Shown here in pieces: positions 27,601 through 40,918 of a stretch of 64,000 nucleotides of DNA. The DNA comes from Iphione sp. A-MEVVRFRX5 (taxonomy: Eukaryota). A model generated the notes under the pieces. It ran no database searches. It was given only the letters and a program-made list of their open reading frames with translations, and was not told the origin of the DNA. The first letter of the stretch is position 1. Every line of letters begins with the position of its first letter. The stretch is from contig OZ320316.1 in assembly GCA_976226885.1 (NCBI GenBank), positions 38,068,001-38,132,000 of the forward strand, read 5' to 3'. The position numbers were made by a program, and so were the translations under genes.

Positions 27601-30600
27601 GTGTTTTTTTGTGTGTCGATCATCATAACTAAGACGTGGTGCAGTTAGTAAACAGATGCTTCCCATACACAGTCCATGGCTCGTGGGACCTCGGCTTAAT
27701 TTCCATGTCCCTGTGTTTTTGTCCATGCCTCCGTATCAGCAATACGGGTACGATTTTCTCGGATATGAACGTGTTCCATTCATTGAACAGATTTCGTGCT
27801 CTTTCAGCGGACAGCGAATATGCACGCATGGACATTCAGATGCCATGCTCGATTAGTATACGATTGTCTCATAAGGCTTAATCTAATTGTATGTATGTTT
27901 TGCATCCGTGTTTCCATATCAGCTTCTTGACAAAATTTTCCCTCGATTGAGACGTCCACCACACAAAGAAAACGGAGACATGGAGAAGAAAAACAGGTCC
28001 ATGGAAATATGGCCTAAACCACAGTTTTACTTCTGCGAAAACGAATGAACGAATTTTAAAACACCATTACAAGCCCCTTACCCATCTATTTTACACTCAG
28101 CTAGCTAAGCACAGATGCTGCAGATTTATAAGACGCTGCAATAAATCCAGCAGTGTAGTGCTCTCCCTGGTCTATTAAGTTAGTTGGCAATGGAACAACC
28201 CTAGTGACAAGAATCGTCTGTGAATGTCTTGCCTTGTCTGTTCTAATTAGATTAGAGGTTACACGAACATCAGCTTTTACCGACGGAAACAAGCAAACGC
28301 TGAGACTTCACGAATACCTCCAACAACAAAATCATGAACCCCTCACAGACGACAAAGTAAAGCTTCATTTCCATGTCAGCATGTCACCATGGCCGTATTT
28401 TTATAGCAGTGTTTACCGATTTTCACGTTGAAAGCATGTCATCTTCACCACGAAAAACAAAACCAAATTCCATTCGTTCTCACTCTTTATCTACTGCTAT
28501 GGATATCATAGCAGTGTTTCTGTGGAAAATGGAACATTTCCCATTTCAAATGCATGGAGATATTCCTGATGCTATCCTTTATTCAAAAAAAGTCTATAGG
28601 GTCCATGTTGACAGTGGCATGAAGATTGATGTACTAAATCTGGCTACAAATACCTAGATGTATACCAATTGCCAGTGTAAATAAAGGTTGAAAATGAAAA
28701 ATGTTAAGACGCGTGCATGAAAATTAAGCCTAAGTCTACCATACATGCACCTTTGCCCCGTGAAGCCAAAACAATGACGGTTTGCCTAGGAAGATATGAA
28801 CTATCAAGAACATCCAGTGTTTTTCTTTTGCAGCTTGACTGAAAACGGTGGACTCCAAGCTATGGAACCTTCTGATGATGCTTGCAATTGTTGCTACGTA
28901 TTCGAAACTGAGCAACTGTCTAGTATTTGGTCAACGTATCACGACTATACAGCATTATGCTTAGCACTTGAAAGTTTTCGATGCACAGTGTTTATATGTG
29001 TATTATATACTTACTACGTTTTTCCCTTTCTTTCTTTACCACAATTTCATCTTATCGTTGTATTGTCGTGTGTCATATTGTATTGACTGGAAGATCTCAC
29101 CATATATTGTACTACATTATACTAAGAGAAGTGAATAAACCGATTCTCAAATTCTCAAAGTCTGTCTACCTGACCTACGTACATGACCCTATATCGAGGC
29201 AGCCGCCCTGTCGTCTGCCTCTCAGCCGTGCATCGCGTCTGTTCAACAGACGTATAGGACAGTTCAAGGCACTTACGAGCATCGTTTGCTGGATATAGAT
29301 CTCTGCTTCAGTTTTCAAGTCCAAAAGGGCAAGGCTCGTCAAACCTATAACGCGTAGCAGAGAGTATAGACCATCAGACAACTTCCTGGTCACCCCCACC
29401 CCGACATGATCATTGGGTTTAAGTGGTTCAGCTCGTTTACACAAAGTTCTTTCCTCAGGCTGCTACTTCATTCCATAGTCGGGACCGAGTGAGGAGTGAC
29501 AGGCATCAGATCAACTATTCAAGATCATCTACACCGTGCAGAGACGTCATTCATCAACAAAACCAATCCAGCCTGAGTTACTTCTGGAATCTATGTATCT
29601 CCCTGTAATGTAGACGCAAACCATCGCAAGTAGCAAGATCGAAGCCAGTTTGACCGTAGGTTAATACAAGGAGTTGGCTGTCGGAAACATATTATGCATG
29701 TATGTGTACACCGTACATATGTATCGGATAGGATTACAAGACATGTATAAGGATGGAAATTTAGGCTGAATGGGGAAAAAACCGTTTCTAGACAGAAAAA
29801 TCTCGATAGAAATAGCAGTCGACTATCAAACATTTTTTTACATTACACTTGTTGCTCTGTAATTCAGGGAACATAAGTGTATTAGCTTAGGGGCATATCA
29901 CTGAGTAATGATATGTACTGATTTGGTACATTTACCAAAAGTAATTCTCGACAGAAAATATATACTGCGATCAGTAATCTCATCCAACAGAACTTCTATA
30001 GTGACCGTTTAGAACACCTTTATTTGCCTTTTTATAGTAACTTAATTGGAACATGGCACTTATCATGATGACAAAAGTTTAGCAAACAAGTCACTGAACC
30101 TGGTGAAATTCAGTCTATTCCTTCAAATATAAATACACCCTCGTTAGGATTCCTTGGGACTTACGGTGACAAATAGGCATTACCTAGGACCCAAAGACGA
30201 TTTGGACCGTGTCGAAACTATGGCTACCTAAACATGAGTCATACATCTAACTCACACGGTGAGGAATGCCTTGGGTCCAAGTCTTGTCGTTTTAAAGGAT
30301 GTTCATCATCGGTGATAAAAAAAAATCCATTCAAAGTATTTTAGGTACACGTAGGTACATGCACTGCGCTTCACGTGATTTATCTCACTTGACAAACTAA
30401 GTTTGTTCACGCATAAAATTTGCGTCATAGTCAAACTGATACCACATTATTCATTTACCTTCAGCCATAGAGCTATAGAGACACTAGAAGACAGCACTTG
30501 ATTTGATTGAGACCAAAACTAAACGAACTGAGGTTTCGCCGAACTCCACTACAACGAAGTGATATTTTTGCCATTTCTGACGTCGCAGTGGACATTCCTC

Positions 30601-32257
30601 AAAATGCACTTTTACGCGATTTTCTCGTAAAAGTCAACTTGTAACGGTTATTTACTAGATGTTTAATCCAAAGGTATTGCTAACTGTCTGTCGCTTTTCC
30701 CTAGGAGGATGGGCAGATTAATTACATATATCACATCCAAACACATATTTGCAAACATACAAATATACATTTGAAGTAAGCATCAATATGATCCAATAGT
30801 GCAACAAAAGTTAACCTGAAAATAGAGCACACCCTCCATCCTCTTTCTTGTCGCTCGGATTGGTCCACATGTTAGGATGTTGCCTTTTCGTTATATAAAC
30901 ACACTGTTTAGCCATATCTGAACAAGTACACATTACATGTACACAAACATTCTAACATGGGCCGTGCAAATAAATACATTGACACTCCCAGAGACACATT
31001 AGGGAGAGCGGTGACCTATGATCAAGGCTCCTGGCCCACCTTGAATTCTTCATGCCTCACAAAGGTGAAAGATGTGAGAGGAGCGGTTGTTGACAAAAGC
31101 TAGTGTTGTTGTGCGGGTATTGAAAGTGGACGTGTTAACTCGCGTTCAAGACCGTCTTCTCTCTACATCCAAATTTAATCGTGTCAGGTTGCTCTCTTCT
31201 GTCATGCCATGATGCAAGAGATGTAGCCGCCCCACACACCAACAAAAAATGGCGCCTAGCATGATTTGTGTGTACATGTATACAGAAGCAGGGCTAAGGT
31301 AACAAATGTCACTGCAGATAGGTGTGCCCTTTAACCAAATCTTGTGAATCAGTGCGAGACGGTATCGTTGGGTTCTGCGCGGCCATCGATAAACATCTTT
31401 TATGGATAGGTGCATCATAGTTTGTTTCCATGAATGTATGTGTGTACATATATATTTATTTAAGCACGTAACTACGTAGGTACGGATGTAAAAAGGTAGC
31501 TGGGGACGAATTGAAGGCTAACCTCTATGTAGGTGGTACTGTACATTTACACGGACAGGTATACCCGTCTATACCTCTAAGAAGCATGTATCTGTGTCTT
31601 TGTGTGACTCACCTGTGACAGTTCCCGGCGCCTCATTCTGCGGGCTGGGTTACTTATGTCGTCGTCGGTCGATGCTCGTCGAGTGCCCGTATTCCTTGTG
31701 CCGCTCGTTCGGCGGTCAGCTCTTTCTGGCGGCTCGTCGCTGCCCGTCGGCGAACCTATTATACTTGGTCCGCCCGGCGCTCCCTGCCCCCCACTGCCAC
31801 CACCACTGCCGCCACCGCCATTAGAGCACGGCACATGTCGCCCCACCTCCACTGGAGTTCCGGCAAAACCTGAGTTCCGCATTTGATGGGGAAATTCCGA
31901 CGGGAAGTGCCCGGGACCGGTCGGACTGCGCTCAGCCTCATCAGGCGTCGTGCACTCGGTTTCCTGTTGATGTTGCTGGTGTGGATGCTGCTGGTGCTGT
32001 GGCTGTGGTGAATGAAGATGTGGGGGCTGGTGTGGATGTAGCAAACCGTGCTGATGTGGATGCTGGTGAGGGTGGAGGTGAGCCTGAAGCTGCTGGTGGT
32101 GCTGGTGGTGTTGGTCCTCAGGATGTTGGGACATGGGGTGGGGTAGGAGGTGGTGGTGTTGGTTATGGTGGTGATGGTGGTGATGAGGGTGATGCTGACT
32201 GAAGGCCATCCAAGGGTTGGGATGAGCTGTGTCGCTCACACACACTGGTTGAGGCAT
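23298..32257 (-). CDS. ATF3: ATF3-like (ATF3/JDP2/BATF/Fos group) bZIP transcription factor; spliced model join(32257-31613, 24210-24103, 23510-23298), 321 aa
   Basis: Three exons join in frame with GT-AG introns, all phase 0: ...RRMRRRELSQ|FSPEEADRILRRRERNKVAATKCRHKRRAQHEHLVK|ELQDMECENTSLTYEIRQLQRQRQALSDVLRHHQMSC... The basic region (RRRERNKxAAxKCR), the heptad repeat and the terminal LxxHxxxC motif are typical of the ATF3/Fos group. AATKCR and Asn at a zipper 'a' position favour ATF3/JDP2/BATF over Fos. The bZIP call is firm; exact orthology is less certain. Confidence 0.88.
23840..24008. mobile_element. MITE with CAGGCCCGTAGCCAGGG termini, inside the last intron of the bZIP gene
   Basis: TIRs CAGGCCCGTAGCCAGGG and CCTTGGCTACGGGCCTG, with two internal GGGGGTATC..GACGATACCCCC palindromes. 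No clear TSD. Confidence 0.8.
24103..24210 (-). CDS. ATF3: bZIP gene basic-region exon (108 nt, 36 aa)
   Basis: Read by hand: acceptor ...ttttattgtttcag|TTT TCT CCA GAA..., donor GTT AAG|gtatct. It encodes FSPEEADRILRRRERNKVAATKCRHKRRAQHEHLVK. A 108-nt basic-region exon is characteristic of Fos/ATF3 genes. Confidence 0.95.
24594..24652. repeat. Cn-(TC)n microsatellite in the long bZIP intron
   Basis: Seen directly. Confidence 0.95.
31613..32257 (-). CDS. ATF3: bZIP gene first coding exon (215 aa; His/Gln/Pro-rich then Gly/Ser-rich N-terminus)
   Basis: The ORF-track start at 32281 is TTG. The first ATG is at 32257, with an in-frame TGA shortly upstream. The exon ends in a strong donor CAG|GTGAGT (GT at 32612-equivalent position 31612-31611). 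It is a long GC-rich open frame in an AT-rich background. Confidence 0.8.
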
Positions 32258-32598
32258 CCTACTGGTCAGTGCTGCGGGCAAGGTGGGCTTTCAATACTAC
32301 ACCCACCAGCCGCGACACTTCCTAGCCTGTCTAAAACACAAGATTAGTGCTAAGTAAGTAATCTGCGAAACCAGGATGCCTGGTTGGAAGGATATCATTA
32401 GATAGGCCTCCTTAAGCACGGAAAACCTCAACACTGAGGATCAGTATATGTAATCTACGTCAAAAATAATTGTTACTTTATTTACAACACGGCGCGCCTC
32501 GAAACTTTCCGTGCTAGTGAAAGTCCTTAGAAGGGAACGTGTAAAACATGGACGCTTTATGCTTTGTGTGGTTAGCCAGTAGGATGACGTGTTATTAC

Positions 32599-32632
32599 CT
32601 ATGCACTGAGTGGTTAGTTAGTCAGAGCCTGA
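32599..32632 (-). other. Possible short non-coding first exon (5' UTR) of the bZIP gene
   Basis: A donor-like AG|GTAAT lies at 32599/32598, about 60 nt downstream of the TATA box. An acceptor-like tgtgttttag| lies at 32331, before the first coding exon. The TSS is only estimated from TATA spacing. Confidence 0.35.
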
Positions 32633-32657
32633 ATTTCCAAGGTGCACATACATAAGG

Positions 32658-32687
32658 TTTATATACCTTTTGACGTAGGGCGAGTCA
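32658..32687 (-). promoter_or_regulatory. Candidate core promoter of the bZIP gene: AP-1-like TGACTC, CRE-like TGACGTAG and TATA box
   Basis: The minus strand reads gccTGACTCgccCTACGTCAaaaggTATATAAAcc. TATATAAA is at 32665-32658, about 400 nt upstream of the ATG and in the correct orientation. Confidence 0.55.
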
Positions 32688-33033
32688 GGCGGAGAAAGGT
32701 GGCGGAGGTGTGTCCCTGACACCGGGATGCGTTCTGTTGATTGCGGTGAGGCGGTAGGAGGAGCTTGGAAGAGGGGAAGGTGCAATCATGCCCCGCGTCA
32801 CAGCAGAACTATCTGGAAAAGAGGCGTTATTGAGGTAAACCGAATGTACGTTTTCAAATCAACAGGCGCGTGTTCGTGATGAAATAGACAAAACATATTA
32901 ACATAGGTACAGAGACAGCTGAAACATAATTCTAATTAAAGACATAAGATAAACATGCATCGCAAAAAATATTCAATGTGCGTTACATTTGTGGATATAT
33001 CGCGAAATGAATCGTTCTGAAAGACGAGGTTTT

Positions 33034-33112
33034 AGGAGGAGGAGGAGCAGGAGCAGGAGGAACAGGAGGAGGAGTGGGAGGAGCAGGAGCAGGAGAAGGA
33101 GCAGGAGGAGCA
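33034..33112. repeat. (GGA/GGAGCA)n purine-rich low-complexity tract
   Basis: Seen directly, ~370 bp upstream of the bZIP TATA box. Confidence 0.85.
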
Positions 33113-36100
33113 GGTTGGGGTTGGCTGAAAATTGCACTGAGTACAAAGATCTCCATCTCCTGTTTCATCTGAGACAAACAACTGATTCATAAGGGACTTT
33201 ACCTTTAAATGTTTGTTTTCCTCCCCACAGTAATGCTAATAGACTAATATTAGATAGGATAAACAGAGAGGAACCAAAAATAAACACGGAGTGGTGAAAA
33301 AATGGGGGCTAGCAGTAGGTAATGACTGCGGTTCCGAATTCTGCTGGGCCTGGTCATAATTTCTCGACCCCCGGCCGGACACTGAGCAAACCTTTCCACG
33401 GATTCAGGAAGTGAAACTGTGTAAAAATGTTGATGTGCAGTGTATTGTGTGGACGCGTGATCCCAGGAAGAGGCCCGTGTGCAACTAAGATAGGACGGGC
33501 TTGCGTCTCCTTTCAATTACACCCATCAGCGAACCTGCCAATCACACAGGGTCATCATCCAGAGCATTAATTAGTCGGAGACCCACTCTTCCAGTGTGTA
33601 CAAAAAGTAGGAAGTTAATGTAAACATGTTAGAAGTACATATTGTGTCGGCCAGCACAGAAGTCTCACTGAATAGATGGATTTTACATAGAGACAGAAGC
33701 TGGCTGTCAGAAATTTCTTTGCTTCACTATATACGGTACTTTTCATCTATCCTTGTATTCACATGTACCAAAACACGAGCGATTAATCGTATCATTTAAA
33801 TACATATGAACAGTTTATACGTAGCATAAAGGACGAAATAGGTTCTATGTGCGTTTCTTGAAGCTTCTGGGCTCTATATGTTCCGAGAATGACAGAGAAG
33901 AGTATACACGAGAAGATCGGTTGCAAAAGAGATAAAGCGAGACTGACCTACGTAGACTCTCGTTTCCACGAACACGACAGAGCCCGACCTGGTCTCATTT
34001 GGTCGTTGCGGGGGTGGACATTGACGTATGGATTCCACCTGCATACACACACCTGACTCTATCTCAGGCTAAAAGCACATGAAAAGCTTCTGTTGATCCA
34101 CCTTTGACTTCTTACTCAATACCGAATAAATTGGCGGAGGTCTACAAGGTATATTCTTTTACAGATGCATCTACTGATATGAATAAATGTCGTCCAACAA
34201 AGGTAGGAACATGTACGATGTAGGGTACACCAGAACGTGTATGTGATGTGTCAAGGGGCCAGGAACCTGTATGAATCATATGTGCTCCCGGCAAAGTATA
34301 TTCTCATCATGCCAGCTATTTCACCCACATTCCTTGGTCTGCAAATTACGCCACGAAGGAATAAACCTGTACACAAAATGTCAATGTTTAAGCATGTAGA
34401 CCAAACTGAATTACTCTAAGCTATGTTTTGGGCATACGCTGTATATGTTATTTGCTCATGATATCGTTAAATGTGTTTAGACTGTAAAAAAAAAAAGCTC
34501 GTCTAAAAAATAAATCCAATGCGTCAAAAACTGAGAGAAAAAAGTGATATGCAGATGGATGGCGTGCTCGATGCAATCTTCACACTGTGACTAAAATAAA
34601 AGGCATTATATTCACATTATCAACGCCTCAGCTCCTGCCATGTTCCGTCTGCATCCCCCGAGATCACGTCCCTTTCACATTTAAGATTAAGTTTAATTGA
34701 AATGCATGGTGCCAATTATTTTTCTCCGCACGGTGGGCGGGCGCCTCTTTGTGGCGACTGCATAAAAAAGGCATATTCATTGTCAACAGCATGATGCTGC
34801 AGGGCAAAGGACGAATTTATGCATGTACCTTTAACCGTCCAATTTATTCGGGTCGTCCGTGGCGAACGATGTTTTTTGACATGCGAGTGCGGGGGAAACA
34901 TTGCAGTGACTAAGGCAATAGGCATCAGAGCTTAGCACTTATCGCCTCTCTATTGCACGTTGATGGCGATTGTCGTGTCTCCGTCGGGGAGAAATAAAGT
35001 TTGCCAGGCGCCTATGGTTTCTATTTGTCAAACCGCTTTGGGCAGCCTTGGCTGTAAAGTCGTCCCTGGAAGGAAGAAAACAAGCCGTACACCACGGCAT
35101 TTAACCGAACGACAAAGACTAGTGTTTAACCCACACATTTGGAAGTCCGAAAAGGCGGACCGGATTTTCAAAGATCGTGTTGAAATGGTTTCCGATAACC
35201 CTCTCGTCCTCATACCGGCTACACGCTTAGGGCGGTTCCATCCTAAACGGTAACCCCCCCCCCTCCAAAAAAAATTAATCTGACTTTGATTGCTGGTTAT
35301 GTAAATTCAGCACAATCAAAGTTTCAGATCCATGAGCATCAGTCCAATCTTGGATACAAACTAAAAAGTAAATTTCCGGGAGAAAAAACGTGTCTAGGTA
35401 AACTAAGATCTGAAGCGATGGTTGCTTGCTTTTGGCTTCATCTAACCAAAAATTCCCACATCCAGACCTTGATCCATTAATTGGTCTGAACAAATTTTTA
35501 TTGCTCAGTCGGTGGTGACCTTCAAGGGGGAAATTCCGATCTCAAATGAACTTTCCAAACTTGCTTATGATGTATGTTTAACAGCCACAGTACGGTAGTA
35601 TTATCGTGATTGATATGCTGGGACTACAAGTATTGAGGCTCTCACTGTAAGTGTAAGAAGGTGATTTGCTACGGACTTTGGATTTCATTTATATCCAGGC
35701 TATCGGTGCTTCCAGGACATAGAAGACATGTGCAGTACACCTTGAAATACAGTTTGTATGCTGCTTTTCGTTAAAAAAAGCTTCCGAAACCTCAGTTTTT
35801 CTCCTAGCATCTGAATGAAATAATATGAGACTGTGATACACAGTATTTTAATTATGTCGGACAAAATGACACATATCGAATTGTCATAATCGCCAAATTC
35901 AACATCGTTCGCGTGTCCCACCTTTGTTGTTTTTGTCTCGTTCGAATTATCATTTTTGTCTCTCGTTTAGCCATTATTTCACAGTACGTTGGAAATTGCT
36001 TTTGGCGTGCGCATCGCGCGGTTACCACAATTTATCTTCAGGTCCTGATGTGCAACATACCTAGAACAAGTTAAGTCTGTTTTTAATTTTCACATTTCTG

Positions 36101-37639
36101 CCAATTACGTTTGATCCAAAGGTTCATCCGCGCCCTGAGTGATGTAGGTCTAATGGAAAGCAAAAACGCTGCAGAGCACACTGCACCTAAAGTAGATACG
36201 TGAAAAAATAATAAAAGATCGTCTCTGCTTGGAAGACAAATGCAGTGTACTTCACACTCCAATGTCACCAAAAGTATAGAAAGAGCCCATATTACGTATA
36301 ATCATGTTATATATACATTTATATTGACACGCATTATTATTTTGATTTTACATAATTTCACTCCATATAACAGAAGCTTCACAACATCCAGATCCGAGAA
36401 ATCTGTTCTGATAAATTAAGTGGAGACTTTCTATTTCATTTGGACCCTAGATGTATATTCCCATAAATTAAAGGGGAACTTGCTTTATTCATCTGGATCC
36501 TTAATTCCTGTCCTTATAAATAAGATTTTTTCCCCATGTAGACCACAAATGTATGTCCTGTCGTCAGTGACGGGTTTAGCGGCCTGCCACAAATGCCCCT
36601 CGGATCACGACTCCGACTACTGAACGGCTCCCGGGGGAGCGAGAGGGGGGGGGGGTCGGCTTTGTCAGTGGTATTCTCTATCTCAGACCGCCAGAGACCC
36701 AGTATGCAGAGCTAAGCCGCTTTAAGCCGGGCCCATACTAGAAAATCGTACCAGACCAGAGAGACGTTACGACCAGGTATGGATTTCGCTAAAACAAATG
36801 GTGTACCCCGCTACAACTGACAAAACCATTTAGTTCGAGACAGGAACAATATACAATTGTTGACTTGTTAATACCTGTGCGATCCTATCAGAAAAGGGAG
36901 AGCTGGCTACATATCGCCCATGCCTCGAACGGTAGCGCTATGTATGCCGGGCTGGAGAGAGTTTCTCTGATCGGAGGCGACTGAGTATTACGACTTGAAG
37001 AGGAGGGATGGCTATTTGCACATCGCGCTTTTAAAGCACAAAGTACAATAGAGCGGCCAGACGGAGACAATCACGAGGTCGTGAGAATATTGCTTTATTT
37101 TCAGAAACGCAAACACAATCATATTTAAGCATGAGTACACGTATAAACATGCAGTCCATGTGCGCGCTTCATACTGGTTTTCGTATCAGGAAAATATTGA
37201 ATTCTGAAACTATAAAAGAGTAACTTATGCGTATCACGGCATAGCGTCACTCTAAATCGGCCACAAATCTTCTGCTGTTCCTTTTCTCTTCGTAGATGGC
37301 CGAAAGGGACGTGCTGAGAGAGAGATTGGTAGTAGTTCCCTGTGGCTGAGGCCCGGTTTCCATACCTGCATTTAGCATCCATGTTTATTAGGGTGCACCT
37401 GTGTGCATTTTTACTGAACATATTAAGGATGTCCTTTTTCTCTGTGTGTGTATGCACTGGGGTGTGTCAGGTGTCTGTTGTTCATGACTGAACACTACTC
37501 ATTTATTTCATGCCCAAATGCACACATACACAGTAGCATAGGGGATGTATCCTTTGGGCAACTAAAAGCAATGTTTTAAATAAAATAGCACTATTTCGCA
37601 CATTTCCACACAGTATTTCTTTTTTCCATCAATTTTGCA

Positions 37640-37830
37640 GGTTTTCAGTACTATTCCCATCAAATTTGCTAGTTTATATACTTTTTTCCGATGGAATTTG
37701 CTGCTATTCTCATCAAATTTGCTAGTTTTCCTACTTTTTCCAATGAAATTCACTAGTTTTCATCACTATTCCCCAGCAAATTTGCCAGTTTTTATATGTT
37801 TACAGTCAAATTCACCAGTTTCCATCCAGC
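37640..37830 (+). repeat. Degenerate short-period tandem repeat
   Basis: Recurring CTATTC.CATCAAATTTGCTAGTTT-like units; similar units occur at ~4350-4440. Confidence 0.6.
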
Positions 37831-40673
37831 TCCCTGCAGGTATGGGAAATCCCTCTCCAGGAGGCTGTTGGGAAATCTGCAAACACCCGGACACCTAAGG
37901 CAGTGTTTCCATGGGTTTGAAGACAGTCATGGACCCAGGGCCCAGACTGGAAGACTGGACCCACTGTATCTGTATAAACGCTTTCCATGTTTGCATATTT
38001 TACAGACCTGGGTCCATGTGTGAGATGAATATCAGCAAGGTACTGGTTCTCCCACTTGTGGATGCACGTCCATTGTGCACATTTGGTATAATCCATGCCA
38101 AATTAGTTCTTTGCCGTCCCTGTAGGGGTATCTATGTCTACTGTGTTTGTCATCTTCACATGCGAAGGCTCTTGGACCTTGCTTCGGGCCATACATACTT
38201 GTCATACACCCTTGCATAACTCGTGTACACATGGAGAGACCCCCTAATGCAGCCTCACAGACATCAATGCACATGGAAACTGGGCCTAAGAGAGGTTGCA
38301 TTGGATTGAGGCTTGACCAACGGGTATTGAAGACACCAGTTTCTAATTCGAAAGATTCATCGTTCTGTGGATGCTGATGTACCTTTCAGCAACTTTTATT
38401 CGAATTACAAAGTTGGTTCACTGTCTTCCACTTACGATTATTTGAAACGAAGCAAATACCTACGCGTTAAAAAGTGACGCATCTAAAGACGATTTAACCC
38501 AACACTCACTCTCTCACACACTGCCTGTAATTTCCACCTACGAAGAACGGAACGACAACACTTCTCCATCAACAATTAGGTTGCGGGATTTTTTTTTGTT
38601 TTTGTAAAGACCACAGTAGGAATCTGACGTGTTTTTTTCTTCATACATGTGGATGACGGCAGTACGGAACGTGGTTTGATTATCCTTGACATGGGTTGCC
38701 TAGTCGTCCTAGTTGATGAGCGTGGGGGAGGGGGGAACAGGAAGGGTATGGGCTAGAATCATCCTTAGGATTTTCCCAATAATGACAACTTTCTACCATA
38801 CACAAGCACTGTGAAATGAACCGATGGGACTCTTCTAAGGCACAGGCGCAGAAATAGGGCCTACATATACACGAAAACAGATGACTTTTTTCGTATATCC
38901 TATATAATTGGTTAATGAATGTAGTTATATTTGTTAGTATCTGCTGCCACATCCTTACTACCTTAGTGCAATGGGATGGTCGGGACATGAAGAAACAACA
39001 TGTGCTGTCGCTGAGTAAAAGAATAATTATGTTAATGCTGTGAAGGAATTTAAAGTGGATCAATTCATTAGTATTTAACCCCGACTTTGGTATTAAAATA
39101 GCTTAATGATGTTCAAGTGATAAAATATTGTCTGTGTTTTTCATCAATTAGTCCGAGCAGCTGTAGAAACCAGTGTTTCGTGTCATTTTAACATGGTGCA
39201 CATACGGACGGGTTTCTTTTAAACGTTTCTCACCTCTGACAATTGTCTCTCCTCATGCTTGTCTTTTCTACCCTCTCTCTTTCGCGCTCTCTCCTGTACA
39301 TAGCCTATTTCCGGACAAATCTGCGTAAACTTTCCTTTGCATGTGATTTTAATTACAGGGCCACAGTATTCAGAACTAACCCTCCGTACGGCAGGCACTT
39401 CACTTCTTTGGCCCATCATCTCCGTTTAACTTTCTGCATCTCTAGAGACATCTAAAAGACAATCCCTCTCATTGAACTTAGTCCTCAAGAGGAAAGTACC
39501 AAGGTGTTCGTGATCCTAGATGGTCAATACTCAAAGTCAACAAGGGAACTTGAGTCATGGCGGGACTTTTTTGTCACTACTGTTGGATAGGTCAAGAGTT
39601 GCAGAAACAATTGCAGAATGAAGAGGATATCTTCAGACCAATTGCAGGTTGGTCACGACTGTGCCCACGACGGCACGAATGTAATATAAAGCAATATTCA
39701 GTCTTCGTTCTACGGCAAAAGTGACAGGTAACTTTTTAAAAACTTATCCTTTGCCCAACATGTAGAAGTTATCACAGAGAGGAACTTGGCATGCCTACCC
39801 TATGACTCAAGTAACGAGTAATATAAAACATTCTCCTTTTGATGTTAAGGGGTAATATGTACTTCATAGCTAACAACTTTTGTATTTCGCAGTTCGAAAA
39901 CAAGAGAAATCTTAGTGTCAACGTAGCTGTTTGCTTTCCCTTCGCAACGTTCATCATTTGTTAAGATAAAGAAGCCAACGGACAAAGACCTCACGCATAA
40001 ACATTGAGGCCGTGCCGGTTGTTACAGTGAACACATCCTGGTGGATGGAAACTGCGTTTAGAATTTGACATCTATCTTTGAGGGCCATTTACTTCATCTA
40101 CCACTGTGGAAAAAAAATGAAAGCGGAGGTTCTGCTGAAGAGAAGATGAATTATTTTCGAATGGGGGTGATTCAGTGGTCCGTTAGCGACGAATGAATAG
40201 GTGGTGAGCCCCCATGGATCTCTCAGAGGATAAAAGTGAAGTATGTAAATAAAATGCATCTGCTGAGACATGGATTAGCTTAAACATACCCTGAGCTCAG
40301 ATAAGCAATCGTACTATCAGATGCCACTGAAGAGAACCAAGCTGTATTAATCACCTTGAGAACTTTGAACCCATCCAAGCGACATCTCAACTGATATGTT
40401 TTACGGCAGTGGTTTTTGTATCATGAACTTTCCTGGAAATTTCTTCCGTATTACACACTTCATTTTCTTACATTATTTTATGCAGCTATACTGTAATTTT
40501 GATGATTTGCTTTCTATGGCCAACACGAGCAAACAAACTTTTCCTGATTAAAAGGATCTCTATCAGAAGGAAAACAAGAAAGAGAATGCACACGGTTGAC
40601 GTATCAACTCAAACGGACAAACACATAAGTATTCTCGTTTCATTTACCGCGCACATACATGTATGTACATGTG

Positions 40674-40772
40674 CAGGCCTGTAGCCAAGGGGGTATCAGT
40701 GGTATCGTCTGATACTCCCCAGAAAAGCCAGGATTTCCACCTCTCTAGGCCTATATATCATGAGAAAGAGGG

Positions 40773-40818
<46 letters not shown>

Positions 40819-40918
40819 GAAGAATGATATCTCTAATGATGAGTTCCACCTCTCTAGGTAAGAGTCCCACCTCTTTAATTTGAGATACCCCCCATAAAAC
40901 TTCCTGGCTATGGGCCTG
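40674..40918. mobile_element. MITE of the same family as 23840-24008, with an internal (GA)n tract
   Basis: CAGGCCTGTAGCCAAGG ... CCTGGCTATGGGCCTG, sharing the GGTATCGTCTGATAC subterminal motif. Confidence 0.75.

Noticed and set aside
29175-29444. ORF with NRRDARLRGRR considered as the missing basic-region exon
   Set aside because: It lacks the bZIP consensus and suitable splice sites. The true exon is 24210-24103.
31594-32347. Plus-strand ORFs overlapping the first bZIP coding exon
   Set aside because: These are antisense shadows of a GC-rich, low-complexity coding exon.
36900-37080. Possible Harbinger transposase relic (SLIGGD*...TIERPDG)
   Set aside because: Only loose motif similarity and no TIRs identified; too weak to call.
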